50,452 bases of DNA from the NCBI GenBank assembly GCA_015063455.1, contig SVUC01000002.1:1-50452 (forward strand), given 5' to 3'. Origin of the DNA: Oscillospiraceae bacterium. GTDB taxonomy: Bacteria; Bacillota; Clostridia; Oscillospirales; CAG-272. This document shows positions 36,212 to 45,193 of the stretch, piece by piece. Numbering within the stretch: the stretch's first letter is position 1; each line of letters starts with the position of its first letter. Made by a program: the position numbers and the translations under genes. The notes beneath the pieces are model-generated. The model made no database searches and was not told where the DNA came from. It worked only from the letters and a program-made list of their open reading frames with translations.

Positions 36212-36263
36212 AAAAAAATATAAATAAAATGGCAGAAGAAGGGATTTTGTCCCGTCTCCCGCC
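36212..36263 (-). terminator. Hairpin terminator separating sigma module 6 from module 5
   Basis: The minus-strand RNA pairs GGCGGGAGACGGGA with UCCCUUCUUCUGCC (14 positions: two G-U pairs, one mismatch) and is followed by a U-rich tract. Confidence 0.6.
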
Positions 36264-36272
36264 TGACTTGCG

Positions 36273-37103
36273 TTATTTTTCCGAGCTTATGTCCCCCATC
36301 ACCCTGCTGTCAAGCTGAGTCGGAAAAGACATATCTGATTTTTTGATAAGCTTCTCGATCTCCTTGTTTGACAAACGAGAGACTGCTGTGACTGCTCTTC
36401 CAGTATTGGTGCTCAAGACAACTGATCTTCTGTACATCAATGCAAGAATTCCGCCTGCGAGAATAACAGCCGCTCCGAGCATTGCAATAAAGAAAGCATC
36501 AACCTCGAACTTCGGTTTTTCAACATCGTACCGGAGATTCAAAGATATATCGTCAACTGAAGGCAAGAAGATGTATGAATCATCTAATGCTAATGTTTTG
36601 ACATATCCATCGGTGTACTCGATATAGAATATGTCCCCAAACTCTTTTTTCATTTCTTCGATCCATTCGAGTGTTGCGGGATCATCCTTTTTCTCTTCCA
36701 AAATACCGAGTGTAAGTCCATTCTTTGTGTCAATAAAGCCTACCCATGCGAGCCCGACACCTTTCTTGAAATACTGACTAATCTCTTCGTTCTGAACACG
36801 GATAAGATAATTCCTGCTGTACTTACCGTATTCAAATGATACAGAATCATCGTCTTTTATCAGATCAAGTATTTCCCGCTTACCTGTCTCTCCGACTTCG
36901 TTGTCCAAAACAGATATTGTCAGATCATATATCCCGCCGTCATTCGACCAGACGCCGCAGACATAATCAGGATAAGCGTCGTTTTCTTCCCAATAAACAA
37001 ACAGATCGTGTGCGGTGTTAAATGCACCATCTGATGCACATACAGGAATTACAGAAATACTGACAAGTATCGTAGTAAAAATGATCGTCAAAAATTTTCT
37101 CAT
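36273..37103 (-). CDS. Type-I-topology membrane protein (cleavable signal peptide, ~190-aa ectodomain, C-terminal TM helix, ~45-aa cytoplasmic tail) coupled to sigma module 6
   Basis: ATGA overlap with the sigma gene. Signal peptide FLTIIFTTILVSISVIPVCASDG and TM helix FFIAMLGAAVILAGGILALMY near the C-terminus. Confidence 0.7.
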   Translation of the reverse strand: MRKFLTIIFTTILVSISVIPVCASDGAFNTAHDLFVYWEENDAYPDYVCGVWSNDGGIYDLTISVLDNEVGETGKREILDLIKDDDSVSFEYGKYSRNYLIRVQNEEISQYFKKGVGLAWVGFIDTKNGLTLGILEEKKDDPATLEWIEEMKKEFGDIFYIEYTDGYVKTLALDDSYIFLPSVDDISLNLRYDVEKPKFEVDAFFIAMLGAAVILAGGILALMYRRSVVLSTNTGRAVTAVSRLSNKEIEKLIKKSDMSFPTQLDSRVMGDISSEK

Positions 37104-37609
37104 AATATACCCCCGTCAAGTAAACATTTTAATGTTCCGAGAGCTTTTCTGTACCGTCTGTAGACCGACGGCAAAGAAAGTCCCGTTATCCGCGAGATGC
37201 AGCTGAAAGATAGTCCGCCTGTAATGTGAAGTGATATTATCTCACGCTCGATCTGCGGGAGATGTGATATTGCCGACTCCACGTCCCAACTGAGCACCGC
37301 TTTGTCTATCAAGTCTTCCTGTGCAATGTCGACAAGATCAATATCATCGGTTTTCTTTTTCCGCAAAGCGTCTATTGCCAGATTGCGCGCCATCTGAAAT
37401 ACCCACGCCCTCGGATTTCTTACAGAACGGTCGGGCGGTGACAGATAGATTTTCACAAACACATCGTGAGTAATGTCTTCCGCAGTCTCCTTCGACTGTA
37501 CGATACGGCAGGCAACAGTGAACACAGGTCTCTTCAGTTCTTCATAAATTATTGTGAATGCTTCTTTGTCGCCGTCACGCAGTCTTGAAAAGCATTCATT
37601 CAGATCCAT
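37100..37609 (-). CDS. ECF-type sigma-70 family sigma factor (module 6)
   Basis: RBS AAAGGGGG. Region 2 (AEDITHDVFVKIY ... AWVFQMARNLAIDALRKKK) and region 4 (LSFSCISRITGLSLPSVYRRYRKAL) are present. Confidence 0.88.
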   Translation of the reverse strand: MDLNECFSRLRDGDKEAFTIIYEELKRPVFTVACRIVQSKETAEDITHDVFVKIYLSPPDRSVRNPRAWVFQMARNLAIDALRKKKTDDIDLVDIAQEDLIDKAVLSWDVESAISHLPQIEREIISLHITGGLSFSCISRITGLSLPSVYRRYRKALGTLKCLLDGGIL

Positions 37610-37818
37610 TACATCCGCCCCCTTTCATATACTATGACGATTTATTTGACTGTTTTTTTCGCTTCCTCAAAAAAATATTTCAAAAACCTTCCATGATACG
37701 AATTCACAGAAGGTTTTTGAATGAATATTTTAATAATTTGAAACAGATTTCATTTAACTTTTCGCCAATGTCATATCTGCCGTTTTCCCTCAGTTTTCAC
37801 TAAGATACCCATTCAATT

Positions 37819-38679
37819 TTATCGTATGGGCTTTACAGGCTGTTCGGTACCGGTAGAGTATGAAAGATAAATGGCGTTCAAGAGTGCCACCGGAGCGGTC
37901 AGCGCATCATATGTTTCTTCCATCTTTCCGGTACGGAGCATATTGCAGAATTCGTCTAGTTCCGGTTCGTACAGATCGGTAATATTTTCGCATGTGGTGT
38001 ATCTCGTCCCATTTTCTGCGTGTACTAATACAACGTAGTTTTTGGCAAAATGGAGCGTTGTCTCAAAGTCGGCATGACGACACAGTACGGTTACAGTGCG
38101 TTCTCTGGCTGCGGCGTACACAGAAACAGGCAAACCAAACATGGTGATGAGCATCTGCGCCAAATGACCGGCGTAAAAATAAAAGTTGCCGTATGGGTTG
38201 GACATTTGTACCGGTGCTGACAAAGAGGCGGAAAGTACTTTTCCCATGACGCCGGAATCCAGTTCGGATTTCAAAGCGATAATTTCAGGAGCAAACTTCA
38301 GGCAAGAGCCGCCGCAGAGCAGCGCTCCGGACTTTTCCGCTTCAGCGATCATTTCCGCTGCGTTGTGCGGCATAATACAGAATGGCTTGTCGATAAACAT
38401 AGGTACACCCGCCTTGATATAAGGCATGGAATACTCGTAGTGGTTGTCCCCATGACGTGCGGTATTAATCACCGCGTCTACTTTATCAAGGAAGTAGGAG
38501 GAAGTATCTGCAGCCATAGGAGCGAGACCGTCGTCCACCATCTTTCGCGCAGCGGCACCGTCATAACTGTAAACACCGACTATCTCAATATCACCATATT
38601 TGTCTGGATTGTTCTTGATCAGTTTGGCAAAAGCGGGAGCATGTGAATTCTCCACACCGATCAACGCAATTTTTTTCAT
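37819..38679 (-). CDS. Gfo/Idh/MocA family NAD(P)-dependent oxidoreductase
   Basis: N-terminal Rossmann pattern KIALIGVENSHAPAFAKL ... VGVYS. 286 aa. RBS AAGGAG. Confidence 0.8.
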   Translation of the reverse strand: MKKIALIGVENSHAPAFAKLIKNNPDKYGDIEIVGVYSYDGAAARKMVDDGLAPMAADTSSYFLDKVDAVINTARHGDNHYEYSMPYIKAGVPMFIDKPFCIMPHNAAEMIAEAEKSGALLCGGSCLKFAPEIIALKSELDSGVMGKVLSASLSAPVQMSNPYGNFYFYAGHLAQMLITMFGLPVSVYAAARERTVTVLCRHADFETTLHFAKNYVVLVHAENGTRYTTCENITDLYEPELDEFCNMLRTGKMEETYDALTAPVALLNAIYLSYSTGTEQPVKPIR

Positions 38680-38802
38680 AAGGCAAAACTCCTTATTTGT
38701 TTTTCTAGTTTTTTATCAATATTTCCATTCTGTTACCGTTCATAAGCAGCACCGTACGTATAGGCGAACCGACTTCGATCTGCTGAGAAAGGATACGGTT
38801 AT

Positions 38803-39804
38803 TTACAAAGTACTGTTTTGAAATATAACATCTTCTGCCCATTGTGCCCATTCGGATTCCACACCGATATCAGGGTATGAAGCATAATCCGTAGCAATCC
38901 AACCGCCGCCTTTTTCCTTGAACAGTCTGCACATTTCAAGCGCGCGATTTTCAATGTATTGACGGTCCCCGGTAGGAAGAACTTTTTGAATGTCAAGCGG
39001 TGAATAAAATACTGCTCGGTCTGCAAATTCTTTCACCAGTGTTTCTACAGGGTATAGATCGGGCTGATCAAATTGGAACACATCAATTCCCATATCAATA
39101 AAGTCTTCCATAAAACCGTAATTATAACCACAGGAATGCATAAACATACTCATTCCTGCTTCGTGTACAGCATCTGCGATTTTTTTATATGAAGGCTTAA
39201 AGAGTTCACGGAATGAGTCCGGAGATATAAATGTACGTTCCTGTGTTCCCCAGTCATCCCAAATAAACCATCCGTCGATTCCGCATCCGGCTATACTTTT
39301 TATGACAGATACTTCATATTCGGCAATCTGATCTATAAACTGTTTAACTCGTTCCGGTTCAATAATGGTGTCCATCAGCGCATTTGACATCAAACGCGCG
39401 TCTCTTAACGCCGAAAATAAAGATCCTCCGCTTGTAATAACAAATTTGTCACATTCAGAATAATTATTTTTTATCAGCTGTTCTCTGTAATTCAAGTCAA
39501 GTTGAGGAAACGGATATTCGTAATCTTCCCAATCCTGAATAGCACCGTAAACACATTCCCCTTGAGTTTTCCCATTAAACCGTCCATATATATTTCCATA
39601 CATATCTCTGCGAACTTCTCCTGAGAAATCGGAAAGTTTTTTTAACTCAGGGTAGTCCCCCCACGTATTATATGGATTTTCAGGCAGATTGATGTAGGTT
39701 CTGGAACGAACTGACATAATATCTGTCATATCATGAAAACCATATCCCAAACGCGGCGGATTATCATGTGCTATCAAACGCTTGATAATTTCTTTGGAAG
39801 TCAT
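38803..39804 (-). CDS. Uroporphyrinogen decarboxylase (URO-D) fold family protein of unknown substrate
   Basis: 333 aa. The length and pattern (GIDGWFIWDDWGTQ ... FMHSCGYNYGFMEDFIDMGIDVFQFDQP) are typical of URO-D/MtaA-like TIM barrels. RBS GAGGTGG. Confidence 0.7.
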   Translation of the reverse strand: MTSKEIIKRLIAHDNPPRLGYGFHDMTDIMSVRSRTYINLPENPYNTWGDYPELKKLSDFSGEVRRDMYGNIYGRFNGKTQGECVYGAIQDWEDYEYPFPQLDLNYREQLIKNNYSECDKFVITSGGSLFSALRDARLMSNALMDTIIEPERVKQFIDQIAEYEVSVIKSIAGCGIDGWFIWDDWGTQERTFISPDSFRELFKPSYKKIADAVHEAGMSMFMHSCGYNYGFMEDFIDMGIDVFQFDQPDLYPVETLVKEFADRAVFYSPLDIQKVLPTGDRQYIENRALEMCRLFKEKGGGWIATDYASYPDIGVESEWAQWAEDVIFQNSTL

Positions 39805-39889
39805 CGTTTGTCCACCTCGTATTTTATTTATTTACTTAGATATTTAATGGCAGCATACAAATTATATGTGAAAAAATTTGAGTCACAAA

Positions 39890-41614
39890 TTATTTGCGCC
39901 AACTTTTATCTGCCATTACTCTGACACACTTTTCGTGTGTTTCGCCTGCCTGGAATATTGTAATGTTGTGAGCAAGGCAATCTTCAACAAACTGATTGAA
40001 TGTTTCTGCATCTGTGATCTCACCACTCATCATTCCGCATCGAACCGTTGTATATCTGAGACCGAGTCTGATACAGTCAACTCTCATACGTCGGATCGGA
40101 TCGTCACGCACTGCCATTTCTGCTCTGTCAAGGATCTCATTGTAGATCAACATCATATCGGGAGTGAGGTAATCAACGTAAGGAGAATAATCATCCGGTC
40201 CGGGCTCGTGATGTCCATAGGTGTTGAAATGGAGATTGTCGTCTTCGCACTTCTTGCACATAGTTTCGATGTACTCACGGATCATCGGAGCAGCGTCACC
40301 GTAGTAGAAATCTGTAAATTCAACAAGATGCTTATTGAAATCACAGTATGGGTCCCACATGAGCTTGCAGATAAGATAACAGCGGAGTTCGTCAAGATCA
40401 CAGCCGTCATTTTCTCTGAGTTCTCCCTGAGAGAAAATACCTTTCGCATTGTTTTTTGCAAAGAACTGCATATTAGGCTGAAGAACGTGCCAGTTCGGAT
40501 GCGGCTTAGGGAGATGCCAGAAGCATGCGTTGTAGTCCCAGATAAATGTATGATTACAGATACTGCTCCACTCGCCAAGCTCATGGCTCATATCGGAGTT
40601 GGGACCCCATCCGCACTCGCTCTCGATCGGATGCGCGAAACACGCCTCTATTGTGCAGTACTGTACCGCAACATTATGTCTCGGTCTTGCAAGCTTCGGA
40701 GGTGTACGGCCATAAGCATATGCAAATGTAAGGAACAAAACATTCGGGAATTCTTCTTCAAGCGCTTCCGCAATTGCATTTACTGTTCGGATGATAAGCC
40801 CCGCAGGAGAACCTTCTTCTTTATCAATTGCACGGCAATTTTCGCACTGACAAGGGCCTGCTGCATCGTTTTGAGAAACATGTACGACACGCGCATCAGG
40901 AGTTCTGCGTAATACTTCACGGACACCTTCAATTAATTTTTCGGTAACTTCAGGATTTGAAAGACAAAGCTGATACGATCCTCTCGGACTTTTTTTGCGT
41001 TCTCCGTCGTACATTGAATACCATTCGGGGTGCTCATCGAAATATTTACTGTACGGAAGAATGTGTCCAAAACTGTGGCAGTGATTTGCAAACTTGAAGC
41101 GACCGCCGTATTTTTCATCTGTTCTTTCATTTGTTCTGTATTTTACCGAGTAATTCTGATTCTCCATTGTATCTCTGAAGTAGAACTCACGGTATTCAAA
41201 AATAGGTTTTTCTCTCTTATCTGTATCTTCAAGAACAAATTCGGTGTATGTAGGAATCTTTTCTGCTTTCGGTGTAAAGAAACGGCATCCGAGGGATTCA
41301 AGGAAATCGTACATCGCGTAGAGAATACCTCTCTTACCGCCATCGATGAATACCTTTCCGTTCTTTGTGTACCAGTGTATCTCATCGTCAGCATATGAAA
41401 GTCTCTCTTCGCCGTAATTTGTGAGTGCACCTCCAATTATGATAAGCGCGTCTTCCGTCGCTTCGTTCGTTTTCACGATTTCCACGGGATTCGCTGTCAT
41501 TCTGTTGAAATAATAGCGAAGCTCGGTTGATGCGTAATCTTCGGTTGAAATAGGATTTTCGGGAATAACTACAGCTCCGCAGATATTTTGATTTTTAATG
41601 ATATTAAGTGACAT
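39890..41614 (-). CDS. DUF4838-like (GH20-related TIM-barrel) protein, paralog 1; no signal peptide
   Basis: 574 aa. RBS AAAGGGG. Motifs shared by all copies: NHCHSF, QLCLSNPEV, CQCENCR, CFAHP...ECGW, IWDYNACFWHLP, GCDLDELRCYLICKLMWDPYCD. Confidence 0.75.
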   Translation of the reverse strand: MSLNIIKNQNICGAVVIPENPISTEDYASTELRYYFNRMTANPVEIVKTNEATEDALIIIGGALTNYGEERLSYADDEIHWYTKNGKVFIDGGKRGILYAMYDFLESLGCRFFTPKAEKIPTYTEFVLEDTDKREKPIFEYREFYFRDTMENQNYSVKYRTNERTDEKYGGRFKFANHCHSFGHILPYSKYFDEHPEWYSMYDGERKKSPRGSYQLCLSNPEVTEKLIEGVREVLRRTPDARVVHVSQNDAAGPCQCENCRAIDKEEGSPAGLIIRTVNAIAEALEEEFPNVLFLTFAYAYGRTPPKLARPRHNVAVQYCTIEACFAHPIESECGWGPNSDMSHELGEWSSICNHTFIWDYNACFWHLPKPHPNWHVLQPNMQFFAKNNAKGIFSQGELRENDGCDLDELRCYLICKLMWDPYCDFNKHLVEFTDFYYGDAAPMIREYIETMCKKCEDDNLHFNTYGHHEPGPDDYSPYVDYLTPDMMLIYNEILDRAEMAVRDDPIRRMRVDCIRLGLRYTTVRCGMMSGEITDAETFNQFVEDCLAHNITIFQAGETHEKCVRVMADKSWRK

Positions 41615-41648
41615 GTTTTGCCCCTTTGCTCTAATGAAGTATACAGAT

Positions 41649-43379
41649 TTATCTCCAATACTTGCTTGCCATATTCATAACAGAGTTCTGATGAGGATTA
41701 CCTGCATGGAATACTGTAATATTGTGAGCGATGCAGTCCTCAATATACTGGTTGAACTCTGCGGGATCAATGTAATCGTTGAGCACGAGTCGGCGGCGCA
41801 TATCAATATATCCGAGACTTAGTCTGATACAATTTACTCGCATTCTGCGGATTGTGTCGTCGCGTACCGCCATTTCAGCTCTGTCAAGAATTTCGTAATA
41901 CTTTTCAAGATATTCGGGAGCAAACAGTTCGTGGAAAGGCTCATAGTCGAATTTTCTGTTGCCGGGATGACGTCTGCCGTAGCAAGCAAAGCAGATCTTT
42001 TCTTCTTCTGCGATTCCGCACATTGTCTCAATATATTCGCGAATGATAGGAGCTGCCGCGCCGTAGTAGAAATCGGTAAATTCAGTAAGGTGCTTGTTGT
42101 AGTCACAGTAAGGATCCCACATCAGCTTGCAGATAAGATAACAGCGAAGCTCGTCGAGGTCGCATCCGTCGTTTTCTCTGAGTTCTCCCTGTGAGAAAAT
42201 ATTGAGAGCCTTCTTTTCAAAGAAATACTGCATATTCGGCTGAAGTGTATGCCAGTTCGGATAAGGAAGCGGCAGATGCCAGAAGCATACGTTGTAATCC
42301 CAAATGCTGAGGTGATCGCACACCTGACTCCAACCGTCAATGTTTTCACGAGTATTTTCGTTTTCCGCCCAATCGCATCCACCGTCAATAGGATGAGCGC
42401 AGCAGCCGTTGATGGGACAATACTGAACTATGACGTTGTGGTGAGCCTTTATGTTCTTCGGAGGTGTCTTGGTGTAACTGTATCCGAATATCTGAATAAG
42501 TGTGTTCGGATATTCTTCCTCAAGAGCTTCAGCTACTGCGTTTGCAGCAACAACCATAAGTCCGGACGGGCCACCGTATTTCTCATCAAGCTCACGGCAC
42601 TTTTCACATTCGCAGGAGCGACCGAAGTCACACTGCTGAATATTGATAAGCTGTGCATTGGGACTTCTTTTCATAATTTCTCGAGCGCATTCAACGATCT
42701 TTTCTATAACCTCGGGATTTGAGAGACAAAGCTGCCATCCGCCTCGATTCTCGTCACGTCCGCGCTTCCCGTCATACATAGCATACCATTCGGGATGTTC
42801 GCCAAAATACTTGTCGATCGGAAGCATAGTATAAAAGCTGTGGCAATTGTTTGCAAGTCTGTAAGGACCGCCATATTTTGCTTCTGTTGTCTCATTCGTT
42901 CTGCACTTCACGGAGAAGTTCTGATTTCTCATTGTATCTCTGAAGTAATACTCACGAGATTCAAATGCGGGTTTATCTCTCTTGTCGGTGTCTTCAAGTT
43001 CAAATTCCTTATATGTAGGAACTTTTTCCGCTTTAGGTGTGAAGAAACGGCATCCGAGGGCTTCAAGAAAATCATACATCGAGTAAAGAATACCTCTTGC
43101 GCCGCCGTCGATAAATACTTTACCGTTCTTTGTGTACCAGTGAAGCTCGTCGTCAGCATAGGTAAGTCTCTCTTCACCATAGTTTGTGAGAGCAGCTCCT
43201 ATTACGATAAGTGCATCGTCAACTGCTTCGTTTGTCTTGACGATCTCAGCCGGATTCGCTGTCATTCTGTTGAAATAATAGCGAAGCTCAGTGGATGCAT
43301 AATCCTCAGTTGAAATCGGTGCTTCGGGAATTACGATTTTTCCCGCGATCTGCTGATTTGTTATGATTTTGATTCCCAT
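41649..43379 (-). CDS. DUF4838-like protein, paralog 2; no signal peptide
   Basis: 576 aa. RBS AAAGGAGA. It has the same motif set as paralog 1 (CECEKCR, CCAHP...GCDW). Confidence 0.75.
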   Translation of the reverse strand: MGIKIITNQQIAGKIVIPEAPISTEDYASTELRYYFNRMTANPAEIVKTNEAVDDALIVIGAALTNYGEERLTYADDELHWYTKNGKVFIDGGARGILYSMYDFLEALGCRFFTPKAEKVPTYKEFELEDTDKRDKPAFESREYYFRDTMRNQNFSVKCRTNETTEAKYGGPYRLANNCHSFYTMLPIDKYFGEHPEWYAMYDGKRGRDENRGGWQLCLSNPEVIEKIVECAREIMKRSPNAQLINIQQCDFGRSCECEKCRELDEKYGGPSGLMVVAANAVAEALEEEYPNTLIQIFGYSYTKTPPKNIKAHHNVIVQYCPINGCCAHPIDGGCDWAENENTRENIDGWSQVCDHLSIWDYNVCFWHLPLPYPNWHTLQPNMQYFFEKKALNIFSQGELRENDGCDLDELRCYLICKLMWDPYCDYNKHLTEFTDFYYGAAAPIIREYIETMCGIAEEEKICFACYGRRHPGNRKFDYEPFHELFAPEYLEKYYEILDRAEMAVRDDTIRRMRVNCIRLSLGYIDMRRRLVLNDYIDPAEFNQYIEDCIAHNITVFHAGNPHQNSVMNMASKYWR

Positions 43380-43434
43380 GTTTTTTCTCCTTTGGGTTAA
43401 TATGATTAAAAAATTAATTCAAATTATTATGGAT

Positions 43435-45162
43435 TCAGCGCCAACGTTTTTCCGCAAAAAGCTTCGCAATTTCGGGAAGCTTCTTAGCTTCTGCAAATTC
43501 TGTTACATTATGAGCAACACAGTCCTCAATGAACTGATTGATCTCTGCCTCATCATTGATGTCATCATAGATACCCTTTGTTCTCAGCTCAATAAAGCGG
43601 AGAGTAAGTCTGATCTTGTCAATTCTCATTCTGCGGATAACATCATCACGAACGGCTTCCTCCGCGCGATCAAGGATCTCGTGATAGATCTTGAGGTACT
43701 CGGGTGTAAGATAATCGATGAAAGGAGCACAGTGCTCTATACGATTGGGGCTCTTTCCGTGACCGTAGCAGGTGAAGTGATAGTTATTATCTTCACAGAT
43801 CTTACACATGGTTTCCATATACTCGCGTACCATCGGACCTGCAGCTCCATAGAAGAAATCTGTAAACTCAACAATATGCTTATTCAGATCGCAGTAAGGA
43901 TCCCACATAAGCTTGCATACGAGATAGCAGCGAAGCTCATCAAGGTCAGCACCGTCTCCGAGGTGTCTGTCGTTCTGAGAGAAGAGCCACTTAGCATTAT
44001 TTTCAACGAAGAACTGAATATTCGGCTGAAGAACGTGCCAGTTCGGGTGCGGCTGAGGCAGATGCCAGAAGCAAGTCACATAGTCCCAAACGGAAACGTG
44101 GTTGCAGATCGAGCTCCATTCTTTTAGCTGTTCAGTCAGATTATCGTTTTCGCCCCAACCGCAGCCGGAGGTGATCGGATGCGCCGCACATTCTCCGATC
44201 GTGCAGAACTGGACTGCTACGTTGTGGCGCGGACGTGCATACTTCGGCGGTGCCTGAGTATAGCTGTATGCGAACGTCTGGAATACAACATTCGGGAATT
44301 CTTCTTCAAGTGCCTCAGCAACAGCGTTGACAACACGGATCATAAGACCTGAAGGAGAGCCCTCTTCTTCGTCAATTGCACGGCATTTTTCGCACTCGCA
44401 GGAACGTCCGAAGTCATTCTGCTGAAGATTGATTACTCTTGCCTCGGGATTGTTGCGGAGAATCTCGCGGGATACCTCAATAAGCTTTTCGGTAACCTCG
44501 GGGTTTGAGAGACAAAGCTGCCATCCGCCTCGCTTTTCGTCGATTCCGCGCTTTCCGTCATATAAAGCGTACCAATCGGGGTGTTCATCAAAATATTTCT
44601 TTATAGGAAGCATGAAATAAAAACTGTGGCAGTTTGTTGCTATATTGAATTCACCGCCGTATTTCGGATCTCTTGTGTTTTCGTTAGTTCTGGCTTTAAC
44701 CTCAAATGCGGGATTAAGAGATGTATCTCTGAAATAATATGCACGGTATTCAAGAATCGGCTTTTCACGCTTGTCTGTTTCATCAAGTACAAACTCGGTA
44801 TATGCGGGAATTTTTTCAGCTTTCGGTGTGAAGAATCGGCATCCGAGTGCTTCGAGGAAATCGTACATCGCGTACAGAAGTCCTCTCTTGCCGCCGTCGA
44901 TAAACACCTTACCGTTCTTTGTATACCAATGAAGCTCGTCGTCTGCGTATGTAAGTCTCTCTTCCCCGTAATTTGTAAGTGCTCCGCCGATAACGATAAG
45001 AGCATCCTCGACCGCTTCGTTTGTTTTTACAATGTCGGCGGGATTCGCCGTCATTCTGTTGAAGTAATAGCGAAGCTCTGTTGATGCGTAATTTTCAGTC
45101 GGAAGCGGACTTTCGGGAATTACGATCTTTCCGCAAATGTACTGATTCTTAATGATGTTCAT
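43435..45162 (-). CDS. DUF4838-like protein, paralog 3; no signal peptide
   Basis: I chose the start at MNIIKNQ (ATG 45162), with GGAGGG 7 nt upstream. 575 aa. Same motif set (CECEKCR, CAAHP...GCGW). Confidence 0.75.
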   Translation of the reverse strand: MNIIKNQYICGKIVIPESPLPTENYASTELRYYFNRMTANPADIVKTNEAVEDALIVIGGALTNYGEERLTYADDELHWYTKNGKVFIDGGKRGLLYAMYDFLEALGCRFFTPKAEKIPAYTEFVLDETDKREKPILEYRAYYFRDTSLNPAFEVKARTNENTRDPKYGGEFNIATNCHSFYFMLPIKKYFDEHPDWYALYDGKRGIDEKRGGWQLCLSNPEVTEKLIEVSREILRNNPEARVINLQQNDFGRSCECEKCRAIDEEEGSPSGLMIRVVNAVAEALEEEFPNVVFQTFAYSYTQAPPKYARPRHNVAVQFCTIGECAAHPITSGCGWGENDNLTEQLKEWSSICNHVSVWDYVTCFWHLPQPHPNWHVLQPNIQFFVENNAKWLFSQNDRHLGDGADLDELRCYLVCKLMWDPYCDLNKHIVEFTDFFYGAAGPMVREYMETMCKICEDNNYHFTCYGHGKSPNRIEHCAPFIDYLTPEYLKIYHEILDRAEEAVRDDVIRRMRIDKIRLTLRFIELRTKGIYDDINDEAEINQFIEDCVAHNVTEFAEAKKLPEIAKLFAEKRWR

Positions 45163-45193
45163 AAATCTACCCTCCATATGTTATGACAAATTT

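Noticed and set aside
8807-37700. A common ECF promoter motif (xAAAC-N15-TATAxx) upstream of all six sigma genes.
   Set aside because: Only the module 2 operon and its satellite share a convincing motif. Upstream of 26504 (AAAAC-N15-TATATT) and 36117 (GAAAA-N15-TATAAT) there are weak look-alikes. Upstream of 8881, 21047 and 37609 I found none. AT-rich -10-like hexamers are expected by chance.
39878-40912. Long plus-strand ORFs antisense to the DUF4838-like genes: 39878..40912 (344 aa), 41030..41398, 42249..42722, 42795..43313, 43363..44127 and 44581..45084.
   Set aside because: They lie opposite genes with strong paralog conservation and good ribosome binding sites. Their translations are Cys/Ile/Phe/Val-rich with no motifs. 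They recur only because the sense genes are paralogous. They are most likely codon-bias shadows.
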